Source: Bacteroidales bacterium
Lineage (GTDB): Bacteria > Bacteroidota > Bacteroidia > Bacteroidales > F082
Reading direction: 5' to 3'
NCBI GenBank assembly: GCA_016936355.1
Contig: JAFGYB010000006.1
Coordinates: forward strand, 16,019-80,018
DNA length: 64,000 nt
Positions 8,597-17,356 of the stretch are shown here, piece by piece (the first letter of the stretch is position 1; every line of letters begins with the position of its first letter). The notes under the pieces are model-generated. The model searched no databases, was not told the origin of the DNA, and saw nothing but the letters and a program-made list of their open reading frames with translations. Position numbers and translations under genes: made by a program.

Positions 8597-9598
8597 TTAA
8601 AAAACAAACTTAAAAACGATCTGTTCGTGGTATTCCTCTCCCGGATGCAGCACCGCGTTAGGAAAGTTACTTTTGTTGGGGGCATCAGGAAAGTTTTGCG
8701 GTTCAAGGGCAATTCCCCCATAAGTCTGCAAGGGGTATCCTCCTTTTCCATTTTCCGTTCCGTCAAAATGCATACCGGCATAAACCTGAATGCCGGGTTG
8801 GGTAGTGTACACCTCCACCTTCCTGCCTAATTCGGGAACCGACAGAACAGCGGCTTTCACCAGGTCGTGTTCTTTTCTGCGGATCACCCAGTTGTGGTCG
8901 AGTCCACCCCGCAACAATATATCCGGATCGTCGCTTGCCACCACATCCATAATTTTCACAGGCTCACGCAAATCCATACTTGTTCCCGAAACCGGTTTCA
9001 ACTCTCCGGTAGGGATCGAAAATTTATTCAACGGAGTATAGTGATCCGCAAAAATCTGAAGAAAATGGTTTTGTACATTTCCTCCTCCCGGTCCGTTCAG
9101 ATTGAAATAAGGATGAGAGGTCAGGTTCACCACTGTGGTTTTGTCTGTATATGCCTTGAAATCAATTAAAAATTCATTGTTTTCATTCAGCGCATACAAC
9201 ACCTCCACCTGTAAGTTTCCGGGGTAGTTTTCGTCTCCGTCCTCACTCAACAAGGAAAGCTTATAAGCTGAAGTATAACCCGGAACCAAAGCCGGACTCA
9301 CCGCCCAGTCCTTGGTGTAGAAACCCTGAGCTCCGCCGTGCAGATGATTGGGTTCCTGATTTCGGTTCAATTGAATTTCGTGTCCGTCCAGCGTCAAAAT
9401 TCCGCCAGCAATCCGGTTGGCATATCGCCCCACCAAAGCCCCGAAAAACGGATCACCGTGCAGGAATTCCTGCACGGTGTCGTATCCGACAAAAACATCT
9501 GTCTTTCCATGTTCCGACGGAATCAGTGCAGAACACAATTTCCCGCCAAGGGACAGAAATGAAATCTCCATCCCGTTCTTATTAATTAAATGATGCAT
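8597..9598 (-). CDS. galM: Aldose 1-epimerase (galactose mutarotase)
   Basis: Motifs VGRYANRI, PNHLHGG, TSHPYFNL and GIALEPQNFPDAPN are characteristic of aldose 1-epimerases. Confidence 0.85.
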   Translation of the reverse strand: MHHLINKNGMEISFLSLGGKLCSALIPSEHGKTDVFVGYDTVQEFLHGDPFFGALVGRYANRIAGGILTLDGHEIQLNRNQEPNHLHGGAQGFYTKDWAVSPALVPGYTSAYKLSLLSEDGDENYPGNLQVEVLYALNENNEFLIDFKAYTDKTTVVNLTSHPYFNLNGPGGGNVQNHFLQIFADHYTPLNKFSIPTGELKPVSGTSMDLREPVKIMDVVASDDPDILLRGGLDHNWVIRRKEHDLVKAAVLSVPELGRKVEVYTTQPGIQVYAGMHFDGTENGKGGYPLQTYGGIALEPQNFPDAPNKSNFPNAVLHPGEEYHEQIVFKFVF

Positions 9599-9612
9599 GC
9601 TTTTTCTTGCCC

Positions 9613-11241
9613 CTACCAGAATACCGTATACAACACTACCAAAATGGTCATCAGTATATACGCACTGATGTTAAACCTGCGTTCCGTGATAAACGTTTCT
9701 CTGTACAGAGGGATGGCTTTGGGATTGGCATCTCCTTCAGCCGTGGTCAGAGATACACCCACAATAATCACCACGGTGATGAGGAGGGTATAGAGCATCT
9801 GATCAAGGAATGGCATGTCAATGGGCAGGAATTTCAATGCCAGAGCCACTGGTATGGAACTCAACACCCCGACAATAGCCCCTTTAACACTGGTTTTCTT
9901 CCAGAATAATCCCATGAGGAAGACAGCCAGAATTCCCGGGCTGACCAAACCGGTGTATTCCTGAATATACTGGAACATCTGTGGAATGGAACCCAGTGAC
10001 TTGGCAACGGAGGCTGCAATAATCAGGGCAACCAAAACAGACAAGCGACCTACCGATACCAATTGTTTGTTGGTGGCATTCTTATTGAAATACGGTTTGT
10101 AAATATCCATCGTAAAAATAGTGGAAGTTGAATTCAGCATGGATGCCAGTGAAGACACAATAGCGGCAGAAAGTGCAGCCACAACCAGTCCTTTCAATCC
10201 AACGGGGATAAATTTGGCGATCAGCCAGGGATAGGCTTTATCGTAAGTAACGGAACCATTGAGTCCTTCAAAAACGCCGCGTGCACCGTCTATGTTTTGT
10301 TGAAACATCACAAAAGCAATGATACCGGGAATCACGACGAGCAAAGGAATAATCAGCTTCAGGAAACCGGCAAAAGCCACCCCGCGCTGGGCTTCTTTCA
10401 ACGATTTGGCTGCCAGAGCACGCTGAATAATGTACTGGTTAAAACCCCAGTAGTACAGGTTGGCTACCCACATCCCGCCAATCAGCACCCCAATACCCGG
10501 CAGGTTTTTAAATTCGGGATTGGTGCTTTTCAGGATCATTTGAAATTTATCGGGAGCTTCATGATAAATGTAGGTAAAACCATGCAGTATGGAACCGTCT
10601 GGGCTGATATGAACCAAGGCAATAATGGTGGTGATCAATCCGCCGGTAACCAAAAGAACCACCTGGATTACATCGGTCCAGGCCACAGCCGAAAGACCGC
10701 CCCACAACGAATAAGCCGCAGCAAACAAGGCCAGACCAATAATGAAATACATGATGGTATCTCCGTTTCCGGTTCCAAGGATGGTATCCAAAGCCTGGGC
10801 ACCCAGATACAACACGGAAGTCAGGTTCACAAACAGAAACAATGCAATCCAGAAAACAGCCAGGATGGTTTTCAAAGTGGTGTTGAATCTTTTTTCAATG
10901 AATTCGGGAATGGTATACAGACCCTGTTTGATAAAAATCGGGAGGAAGTATTTTCCCACAATGATCAGGGTAATGGCTGCCATCCATTCGTAGGAAGCAA
11001 TGGCCAGCCCCACAGCAAAGCCCGATCCCGACATGCCAATGAATTGCTCGGCCGAAATATTAGCCGCAATCAGTGATGCGCCAATGGCCCACCAGGGCAA
11101 CGTCTTTCCGGCAAGGAAGTAATCTTCGGCGGTTTTTTCCTGCCCTTTTTTGGTGCGTGAAACGTACAATCCCACGGCAATGATCAACACTGCGTAGGCA
11201 GCAAAGATCAAATAATCTATAAAATCAAAATGACTGTTCAT
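9613..11241 (-). CDS. Sodium:solute symporter family sugar transporter (SGLT-like)
   Basis: It is a ~542-aa polytopic protein with typical SSS motifs (AEDYFLAGK..PWWAIGASLIAANISAEQFIGMSG, AVAWTDVIQ). It sits between galK and galM. Confidence 0.8.
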   Translation of the reverse strand: MNSHFDFIDYLIFAAYAVLIIAVGLYVSRTKKGQEKTAEDYFLAGKTLPWWAIGASLIAANISAEQFIGMSGSGFAVGLAIASYEWMAAITLIIVGKYFLPIFIKQGLYTIPEFIEKRFNTTLKTILAVFWIALFLFVNLTSVLYLGAQALDTILGTGNGDTIMYFIIGLALFAAAYSLWGGLSAVAWTDVIQVVLLVTGGLITTIIALVHISPDGSILHGFTYIYHEAPDKFQMILKSTNPEFKNLPGIGVLIGGMWVANLYYWGFNQYIIQRALAAKSLKEAQRGVAFAGFLKLIIPLLVVIPGIIAFVMFQQNIDGARGVFEGLNGSVTYDKAYPWLIAKFIPVGLKGLVVAALSAAIVSSLASMLNSTSTIFTMDIYKPYFNKNATNKQLVSVGRLSVLVALIIAASVAKSLGSIPQMFQYIQEYTGLVSPGILAVFLMGLFWKKTSVKGAIVGVLSSIPVALALKFLPIDMPFLDQMLYTLLITVVIIVGVSLTTAEGDANPKAIPLYRETFITERRFNISAYILMTILVVLYTVFW

Positions 11242-11264
11242 GGTTTTTAAGATATAATTGACAA

Positions 11265-12425
11265 CTATTTTTCATTGATCTGAACCGGGTGCGTTCCCCG
11301 CTCAATTTTTACTTTAATAATTTCAGGCTGACCTCCGTCAGGAGTCTGATAACTTTCCAACACTTTCTGCTCAAAATCAGGTACCGATTTTTTGGCAATC
11401 AGGTTGATGGTGCAGCCTCCGAAACCACCGCCCATCATCCGGGAACCCAGCACCCCTTCCACACTTCGGGCAAGGTCCACCAATTGATCCAGCTCATCAC
11501 AACTCACTTCGTATTTATCTCGTAGCCCTTCATGAGAACCGTACATTTCCTGTCCGAAAGCCTTCATATCGTCTTTCTCCAGTGCAGCGCAGGCACGCTC
11601 CAAACGCAGGTTTTCCTCCACCACATAGGAACAACGGTTATACACCACCGGATCAAACTCCTGTTCAAAATTCTGAATTTGTTCCAAATCAACATCCCTC
11701 AGGGAATTAATTTCCGGAAAATGTTTTTGCAACAGGGCAACCCCGGTTTCACATTCCTGACGTCTTTTATTGTATTCGGAAGAAGCCAGCGAATGCTTTA
11801 CTCCGGTGTTTACCAGGATAAGCTCATAATTATCCATATGGAACGGATACAACCGGTATTCCAAACTGCGGCAATCCAGTTTGATTACCTGCTGATGCTC
11901 ACCGTGCATCACCGCAAACTGATCCATAATGCCGCACTGAACTCCGGCATATTCGTGTTCGGCTTTTTGCGAAAATTTTACCAGATCGAGGGTTTCATAC
12001 CCGTAACCTTCCATTTGATTGATGGCAAAAGCCAGTCCGGTTTCCACTGCCGCCGATGAAGACATCCCGGCACCCATGGGCAGATTACCGCCCAGCACAC
12101 AGTCAAACCCCTGTACTTTTTTCCCTGATTTTTCAAACTGAGCAATCACCCCCAGCAAATAATTCACCCACCGCGTTTTGCTTATCGCAATATCATGCAC
12201 GTCCCGCACGCACACATCTTCCAGATCATAACTGTAAAAACGGTATTTATTCAGTTCGTTGGGCTTGCAGGCGAAATATACCCCCAGATCTACTGCCGCT
12301 GGCAATACAAATCCATCATTATAATCGGTGTGTTCTCCGATCAGATTGATCCTGCCCGGAGACTTGAACAACAGCGGATCCTTCCCAAAATGTTCTTCAA
12401 ATGCTTGTTTAATTTTTTCTATCAT
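11265..12425 (-). CDS. galK: Galactokinase
   Basis: It carries the galactokinase signature GRINLIGEHTDYNDGFVLP and the GHMP kinase motif PMGAGMSSSAA. Its ATG overlaps the upstream gene's stop in an ATGA. Confidence 0.9.
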   Translation of the reverse strand: MIEKIKQAFEEHFGKDPLLFKSPGRINLIGEHTDYNDGFVLPAAVDLGVYFACKPNELNKYRFYSYDLEDVCVRDVHDIAISKTRWVNYLLGVIAQFEKSGKKVQGFDCVLGGNLPMGAGMSSSAAVETGLAFAINQMEGYGYETLDLVKFSQKAEHEYAGVQCGIMDQFAVMHGEHQQVIKLDCRSLEYRLYPFHMDNYELILVNTGVKHSLASSEYNKRRQECETGVALLQKHFPEINSLRDVDLEQIQNFEQEFDPVVYNRCSYVVEENLRLERACAALEKDDMKAFGQEMYGSHEGLRDKYEVSCDELDQLVDLARSVEGVLGSRMMGGGFGGCTINLIAKKSVPDFEQKVLESYQTPDGGQPEIIKVKIERGTHPVQINEK

Positions 12426-14812
12426 TTCCCTTCTTTCAATTCTATGGTTGCTTCTTTTATTCCTTTCGAACGGGCAGAGATCACAATGGGGTTTTTCGTG
12501 GGTTCGGTCTGCAACACAATGGAAGCAATGCCTGCCCGGGCGCGGAACGGATTTCCGCCCACCAACCGGGCGTTACCTTGTACGGAAAAGTCAACCAAGC
12601 TACTGTCGTAAGGACACACCGTACCGTTTTCATCTACCACTTTGGCGTAAACAAAAACTACATCTTTGTTTTTATCGCTGACCGGAATCCCGGATTTATC
12701 CACTTCCAAAACAAGGGCTGCCGGTTTTCCCGGAGTTCGAACCATATATTCTGCCACCGCTTTGCCGTCAATATATCCCACCGCTTTCAACGTTCCCGGA
12801 ACAAATGATTTCAGATGAAAGAGAAATGGCGGATGGGGCAGTTCGTTGCTGAACCGGTTGCGAACCGGTTTTTTTTTCCCCAGCGACTTTCCGTTCAAAA
12901 ACAATTCCACTTCCCCGCAATTGCTGAACACCTTCACATCCCGGTCCGATTTTTTTGTCCAGTAACTGGCAATATACACCATGGGGCCACCTGTGGCCGG
13001 AGCCGTCACCGGTTCATGCGCATCGCGCTGGCTCCTGTAAAAATAATAGGAGAACTTCGGAAGGCGGAAGATATCGGAAATACCGGAAGTCTCCAGGTCG
13101 TTGGCATAACCGCGGTTGTAGTCGAACATCAGCCAGTTAGCCTGACCAACGGTCCCGTGTCCTCTGCCCTTTTCGTTGGAATTGGCGGCTTCCTGGAAAT
13201 TCAGTTCCTGTTGCAACAACCGCTGTTCCCCCGCATCCCGGGGCTGGCGACTGCTGCGATCCCCGGGTTTCAGTCCCTTGAACTGCGTCTGGTTGAAACC
13301 GGCATTCTGGGCATAATATTCCCAGTCGCCGTATTCGGCTACAAACACCGGACGTTTCCCGTCCTTGTAGTTGATCCAGTAATTGGGCAGATGTCCGTGC
13401 TGTCTGGCCGGGATAAACAAATCATATCCCGGATAGTCGATCCAGGCACAGGCAATGGGTTTCTTGGTGGGAAATTCTTCATTCTTCACCTTCAGGATGC
13501 GGTCCATAAACGGAGGCAGCATCCAGGTTTCATTCAGCGACAGTTCCCAGAAAAACACCGAAGCCCGGTTCCTGTCGCGGCGGATCAGCTGACGAACATC
13601 TTTCAGCACATTTTCCTTGAATGTTTCGTTCCCCATAAATTGCCAGCCCGGGATGGCATCCATGGTTACAATACCCAGCGAATCGCAGGCATCCATAAAA
13701 GCTTCCGACTGCGGATAATGCGACAGGCGCACCACATTGAACCCGGCATCCTTTATTTTCACGGCATCGCGCCACTGGGCCTCATCCGACAACGCATAGC
13801 CGATATAAGGATATTCCTGATGCCGGTTGGTACCGCTCAGAAATGTTTTCTTTCCGTTGATGAATAATCCTTCCGGTTTCAATACCACCGACCGCAATCC
13901 GATCCGCTGAGTAATGTTGTCCAGCAAACGACTGCCCCGTACAACTTTTGTTTCCAGGCGATAGAGATAAGGACTTTCGGGGCTCCACAACGACGGATCC
14001 TGAACATCCATTTGCAGCGTAACATCCTTTTTTTCTCCGGGATCCAGAATATACTTCTCCGACTTAACCCGGGCGACAACCTTTCCTTTTCGGTCCTTCA
14101 AAACCTGAATCACATGAAATCCCCGTTCCCCGCTTTCCTGATTCACTACCTGGGTTTTTATGGTCAGTTTTGCCAGCAAGTGGTTCACGGTATCCTGTAC
14201 AACAAATACGCCGCCACCGGCATTTTCTTTAGCTGTAAGAGGGTTGGTGATGTGTATTCCGGAAGTGGAAATCAGTTCCACATCGCGATAAATTCCGCCA
14301 TAGCGATTAAAGTCCAGTGTTTTTAATGTCTTTCCCGGAGGAACCAGCGTATCATCGGTATTCACCAGTTTCACCGCCAGTAAATTAGGCCTGTCGTAAT
14401 GCAGTTCTTTTGAGATCGGAACTTCAAATGGCAAATAACCACCCTCATGACTGTATATGTGTTTCCCGTTCAGATAAACATCCGCATTTTGCATAGCTCC
14501 CTGGAAGTACAGGTAATACCTCCTGCTTTTTTGAGACGGGTCCACACTGAATGTCTTCCTGTACCAGCAGGTTCCCATCCACTGATTGTTGACCACCAGC
14601 GGTTCAATGCGGGGCGTATGCGGCAGGGTTACCGGTTGGAAAGCAGCAGTATCGGCACTGGGCAACGCATAATTTGAATCGGGAAGATCTTTGGCAAACT
14701 GCCAGTTGTTATTGAAATTGGCAACAATTCTTCCCTCCTGTCCTGAGTTCTGACATCCGGCTACCAGTACCAAAGCCAGTCCCAGCAGGATGTAATATCT
14801 GATTTGTTTCAT
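12422..14812 (-). CDS. Glycoside hydrolase family 2 beta-galactosidase
   Basis: It has a GH2 signature-like FNVVRLSHYPQ and an acid/base region RDRNRASVFFWELSLNE. The N-terminus looks like a lipoprotein signal (LALVLVAGC). Confidence 0.75.
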   Translation of the reverse strand: MKQIRYYILLGLALVLVAGCQNSGQEGRIVANFNNNWQFAKDLPDSNYALPSADTAAFQPVTLPHTPRIEPLVVNNQWMGTCWYRKTFSVDPSQKSRRYYLYFQGAMQNADVYLNGKHIYSHEGGYLPFEVPISKELHYDRPNLLAVKLVNTDDTLVPPGKTLKTLDFNRYGGIYRDVELISTSGIHITNPLTAKENAGGGVFVVQDTVNHLLAKLTIKTQVVNQESGERGFHVIQVLKDRKGKVVARVKSEKYILDPGEKKDVTLQMDVQDPSLWSPESPYLYRLETKVVRGSRLLDNITQRIGLRSVVLKPEGLFINGKKTFLSGTNRHQEYPYIGYALSDEAQWRDAVKIKDAGFNVVRLSHYPQSEAFMDACDSLGIVTMDAIPGWQFMGNETFKENVLKDVRQLIRRDRNRASVFFWELSLNETWMLPPFMDRILKVKNEEFPTKKPIACAWIDYPGYDLFIPARQHGHLPNYWINYKDGKRPVFVAEYGDWEYYAQNAGFNQTQFKGLKPGDRSSRQPRDAGEQRLLQQELNFQEAANSNEKGRGHGTVGQANWLMFDYNRGYANDLETSGISDIFRLPKFSYYFYRSQRDAHEPVTAPATGGPMVYIASYWTKKSDRDVKVFSNCGEVELFLNGKSLGKKKPVRNRFSNELPHPPFLFHLKSFVPGTLKAVGYIDGKAVAEYMVRTPGKPAALVLEVDKSGIPVSDKNKDVVFVYAKVVDENGTVCPYDSSLVDFSVQGNARLVGGNPFRARAGIASIVLQTEPTKNPIVISARSKGIKEATIELKEGK

Positions 14813-14813
14813 C

Positions 14814-16508
14814 TTATTTCGACGTTTTGATCACTTTCAGTGTATCGAGCACCTGATTGTTTTTGTCCAGCCACCGGATCACGTAGATCCCACTCGCCCA
14901 GTGCGACGTATTAATGGACTTCCTGTCAGGACTAAACTTTCGGATCAGTTTTCCGGACAGAGAATACACTTTAATTTTCTCCGCATTTTGCGGTGCTCCT
15001 TTCAGATTCAGCTTATCATCAAACGGATTGGGATAAGCCACCGCCTGTGATCTGGCCGGATGCGATTCCACCCCGGTTACGATCGGCTCGCAGGAAGACC
15101 ATTTAAAAGCATAGGTTTCTACATCCTTCTGAATATCATACCGGCGGTGGGTTCCCCATTTCAGGGCACAAGCCGTAGGCACCGTTTCCTGATACTGCTG
15201 ATAATCGCCGTTCCAGGTATTGGTTCGCGTGAAAATATAAGCACCTGTATCTCCTTTTTGCAGGAAAGTTCTGTACTGGTATATATGATTCCCGATGTCG
15301 GTCATGCGTTTGAAATACCAGGTGGAAGGGGTTCCCGTAAAATCGCCGGTAACGTACACACCATTTAGTGTATCGATACCGGTCATATCCACCTGAAAGA
15401 TCACTTCAGAACTGGTTTGGGGTTGTATTGAATAATCATAGGACAGATAGGAAGCACTGGATAAAAGATTGTCGTTAAAGTCAAACAACGTTGCGTTTTC
15501 AAAGTGTGAACCCTGCCCCCATTCTGTTTTACAGCTGGTGGAAACCCAGTCCGGTTCCCAGTAGATGGTTCCCATGCCCCCGTTGGAAATGACGGCATAA
15601 TTCAGATTCAACAAGAAATTCTTCTGGCCTTCCACCGTAGGCGGATTGGGATAGCCTTCCAGCACAGATCCCGAATTCAGAATATTGCCGGCGCTGTCGA
15701 TGTTCTGATCGCTCCAGGGATAGCCTGTTTCCACGATCCAAACCGGTTTCCCAAATTTTTGCTTTAAATTCTTCACATCCTGTCCCACCCGGGCAATATC
15801 GATCTTGTGGTATTGAGGATAGTAGGACAGGCCAATGATGTCGAAGTCGGTTAAGCCGTTATCCCGCGCTGCCGTAAACCACCAGTCGCCGTTGTCGGGA
15901 TTGGCCACATGCAAGATGGTTTTGATGGAAGCATCCACATCGTGCGCTGCTTTAATGCCGGCTTCGAAAAGTTTGACATTTCGGGGCCAGTTGTTGGGAT
16001 ACAGTGAATCTCCAGGATTGACCAGAATATTGCCGTTGGTTTCGTTTCCGATCTGAACATATTCGGGGGTCAGTCCCTCACTTTTTAGTGTGGACAATAC
16101 CCTGAAAGTATACTGATACACCGAGTCGGCCAGTACATTCAGATCGGTAATACCCTGCCAGGCTTTGGGTCGGGTTTGTTTGCCCGGGTCGGCCCAGGTA
16201 TCGGAATAATGAAAATCGAGCAGCACTTCCAACCCCACGGCTTTGGCTCTTTTGATTCCCCGGGTTACATCAGCCAGTGTGCTGTAAGTCGTGGAATCGG
16301 GGTGATACCACAACCGGTAGCGGATTACTTTGGCTCCCTCATCCTTAAAAATCTGATAAATGTCCTTGGGACTTCCGTATTGTTTGTACACCACACCGCA
16401 ATCTTCCATTTCGTTGGCATAGGAAAGATCGACACCCAAAACAGGCTGCTGTGCCTTCAACGTCCACGAAAGCGACAAAAGCAAAACAAGGGTAAAAATT
16501 TTTCTCAT
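14814..16508 (-). CDS. GH53 arabinogalactan endo-beta-1,4-galactanase with a CBM-like module and a T9SS C-terminal sorting domain
   Basis: GH53-type motifs are GVDLSYANEME, VQIGNETNGN (acid/base Glu) and VWIVETGYPW (nucleophile Glu). A middle module (VIFQVDMTG..GVYVTGDFTG..W) looks like a carbohydrate-binding beta-sandwich. The C-terminal ~75 aa (AYPNPFDDKLNL..IKVYSLSGKLI..GIYVIRW) looks like a Por/T9SS sorting domain. Confidence 0.8.
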   Translation of the reverse strand: MRKIFTLVLLLSLSWTLKAQQPVLGVDLSYANEMEDCGVVYKQYGSPKDIYQIFKDEGAKVIRYRLWYHPDSTTYSTLADVTRGIKRAKAVGLEVLLDFHYSDTWADPGKQTRPKAWQGITDLNVLADSVYQYTFRVLSTLKSEGLTPEYVQIGNETNGNILVNPGDSLYPNNWPRNVKLFEAGIKAAHDVDASIKTILHVANPDNGDWWFTAARDNGLTDFDIIGLSYYPQYHKIDIARVGQDVKNLKQKFGKPVWIVETGYPWSDQNIDSAGNILNSGSVLEGYPNPPTVEGQKNFLLNLNYAVISNGGMGTIYWEPDWVSTSCKTEWGQGSHFENATLFDFNDNLLSSASYLSYDYSIQPQTSSEVIFQVDMTGIDTLNGVYVTGDFTGTPSTWYFKRMTDIGNHIYQYRTFLQKGDTGAYIFTRTNTWNGDYQQYQETVPTACALKWGTHRRYDIQKDVETYAFKWSSCEPIVTGVESHPARSQAVAYPNPFDDKLNLKGAPQNAEKIKVYSLSGKLIRKFSPDRKSINTSHWASGIYVIRWLDKNNQVLDTLKVIKTSK

Positions 16509-16514
16509 GGTTAA

Positions 16515-17198
16515 TTAAAAGTTGATGATGCGTTCGGTAAACTGATCTGTTTCAATATTTTTAAAGGTATAGTAATAGGCTCCTTTTTTCGATTCAGAAG
16601 TATCTTTTTTGTCGAGCCGCCGAAGGGCATTCAGCGAAAGAATCTTTTTGCGGAAGTTACCTGGATCGAATTCCTTCATAAAAATACAATTGTACAGATT
16701 CCGTAGCTGGGTAAGCGTGAATTCGGCGGGCAACAGATCGCGACCAACCAAATCGCGGCTGGCTTTCATCCGAAGCTTCTCCAGGGCTACCTCCGCCATT
16801 TTACCGTGGTCGAAAATCAAGGGAGGCAAATCGTTCACCGGCCACCACTTGGCTCCGTAATGGTCCACCAGTTGATGGTTGTGTTCCTGAATGTTGATCA
16901 GAGCATAGAAAACCACACTGATTACCCGGCCCCCTGGATCCCGATCGGGTTTGGAAAAAACTTCCACCTGTTCCATAAACAGATCACTGAGTCCGGTAAG
17001 GCTGGTTAACACCCGGTAAGCAGCATCTTCTACCGATTCGTCGGGATTGACCCAACCGCCCACCAGCGACCAGTCGCCTTTTGATGGTTCAATGGTTCGC
17101 TGAAACAACAGCAGCTTCAGCTGTCCCTGCTCGTAGCCGAAGACCACATTGTCGATGGCTACCAAATGGGGTTCCTGGAAATCGTATTGCTGTAACAT
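16515..17198 (-). CDS. Nudix-domain transcriptional regulator (NrtR/AraR-like), first gene of the galactan operon
   Basis: The Nudix fold region GGWVNPDESVEDAAYRVLTSLTGL has RVLTSL in place of the REUXEE box, so the catalytic Glu residues are absent. The C-terminal ~90 aa (FTLTQLRNLYNCIF..FRKKILSL) looks like a winged helix. Only 6 nt separate it from the GH53 start. Confidence 0.7.
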   Translation of the reverse strand: MLQQYDFQEPHLVAIDNVVFGYEQGQLKLLLFQRTIEPSKGDWSLVGGWVNPDESVEDAAYRVLTSLTGLSDLFMEQVEVFSKPDRDPGGRVISVVFYALINIQEHNHQLVDHYGAKWWPVNDLPPLIFDHGKMAEVALEKLRMKASRDLVGRDLLPAEFTLTQLRNLYNCIFMKEFDPGNFRKKILSLNALRRLDKKDTSESKKGAYYYTFKNIETDQFTERIINF

Positions 17199-17212
17199 CC
17201 GATAAATTTTAA

Positions 17213-17232
17213 CAAAAGTATTAATTACTTTT
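17213..17232 (-). promoter_or_regulatory. Candidate -7 promoter box (TACTTTTG on the minus strand) embedded in a 7-5-7 inverted repeat (AAAAGTA ttaat TACTTTT); possible operator
   Basis: The plus strand at 17214-17232 reads aaaagta-ttaat-tactttt with perfect 7-bp arms. The minus-strand reading of 17213-17220 is tacttttg, which matches the Bacteroidota TAnnTTTG consensus about 15 nt upstream of the regulator ATG. Confidence 0.35.
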
Positions 17233-17304
17233 AATATTCCAAATAAAAAAAGTAAAAAGCACCTTTTTAATCCGCTGTAAGACTTGTTCAGAAACCGGAA
17301 TAAT

Positions 17305-17341
17305 AAAAAAGCCGCATTTCAAGTAAAAATGCGGCTTTCAT
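17305..17341 (-). terminator. Rho-independent terminator downstream of the S41 peptidase gene
   Basis: The sequence is aaaaaagccgcattt-caagta-aaaatgcggctttca, with an ~11-bp GC-containing stem. It is flanked by A/T runs on both sides and could act bidirectionally. Confidence 0.6.
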
Positions 17342-17356
17342 TTATTTGTATTTTGA

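Noticed and set aside
12815-13867. A 350-aa ORF on the plus strand. Similar long antisense ORFs lie at 10297-11076, 24289-25119, 33935-34639, 48473-49165, 54143-54967 and 6650-7153.
   Set aside because: Each lies entirely antisense to a gene with strong family signatures (GH2, SGLT, GT2, RlmF, Ddl, IlvB, AAA+). Their translations are low-complexity (Arg/Pro/Gly/His-rich) with no motifs. They are typical shadow ORFs.
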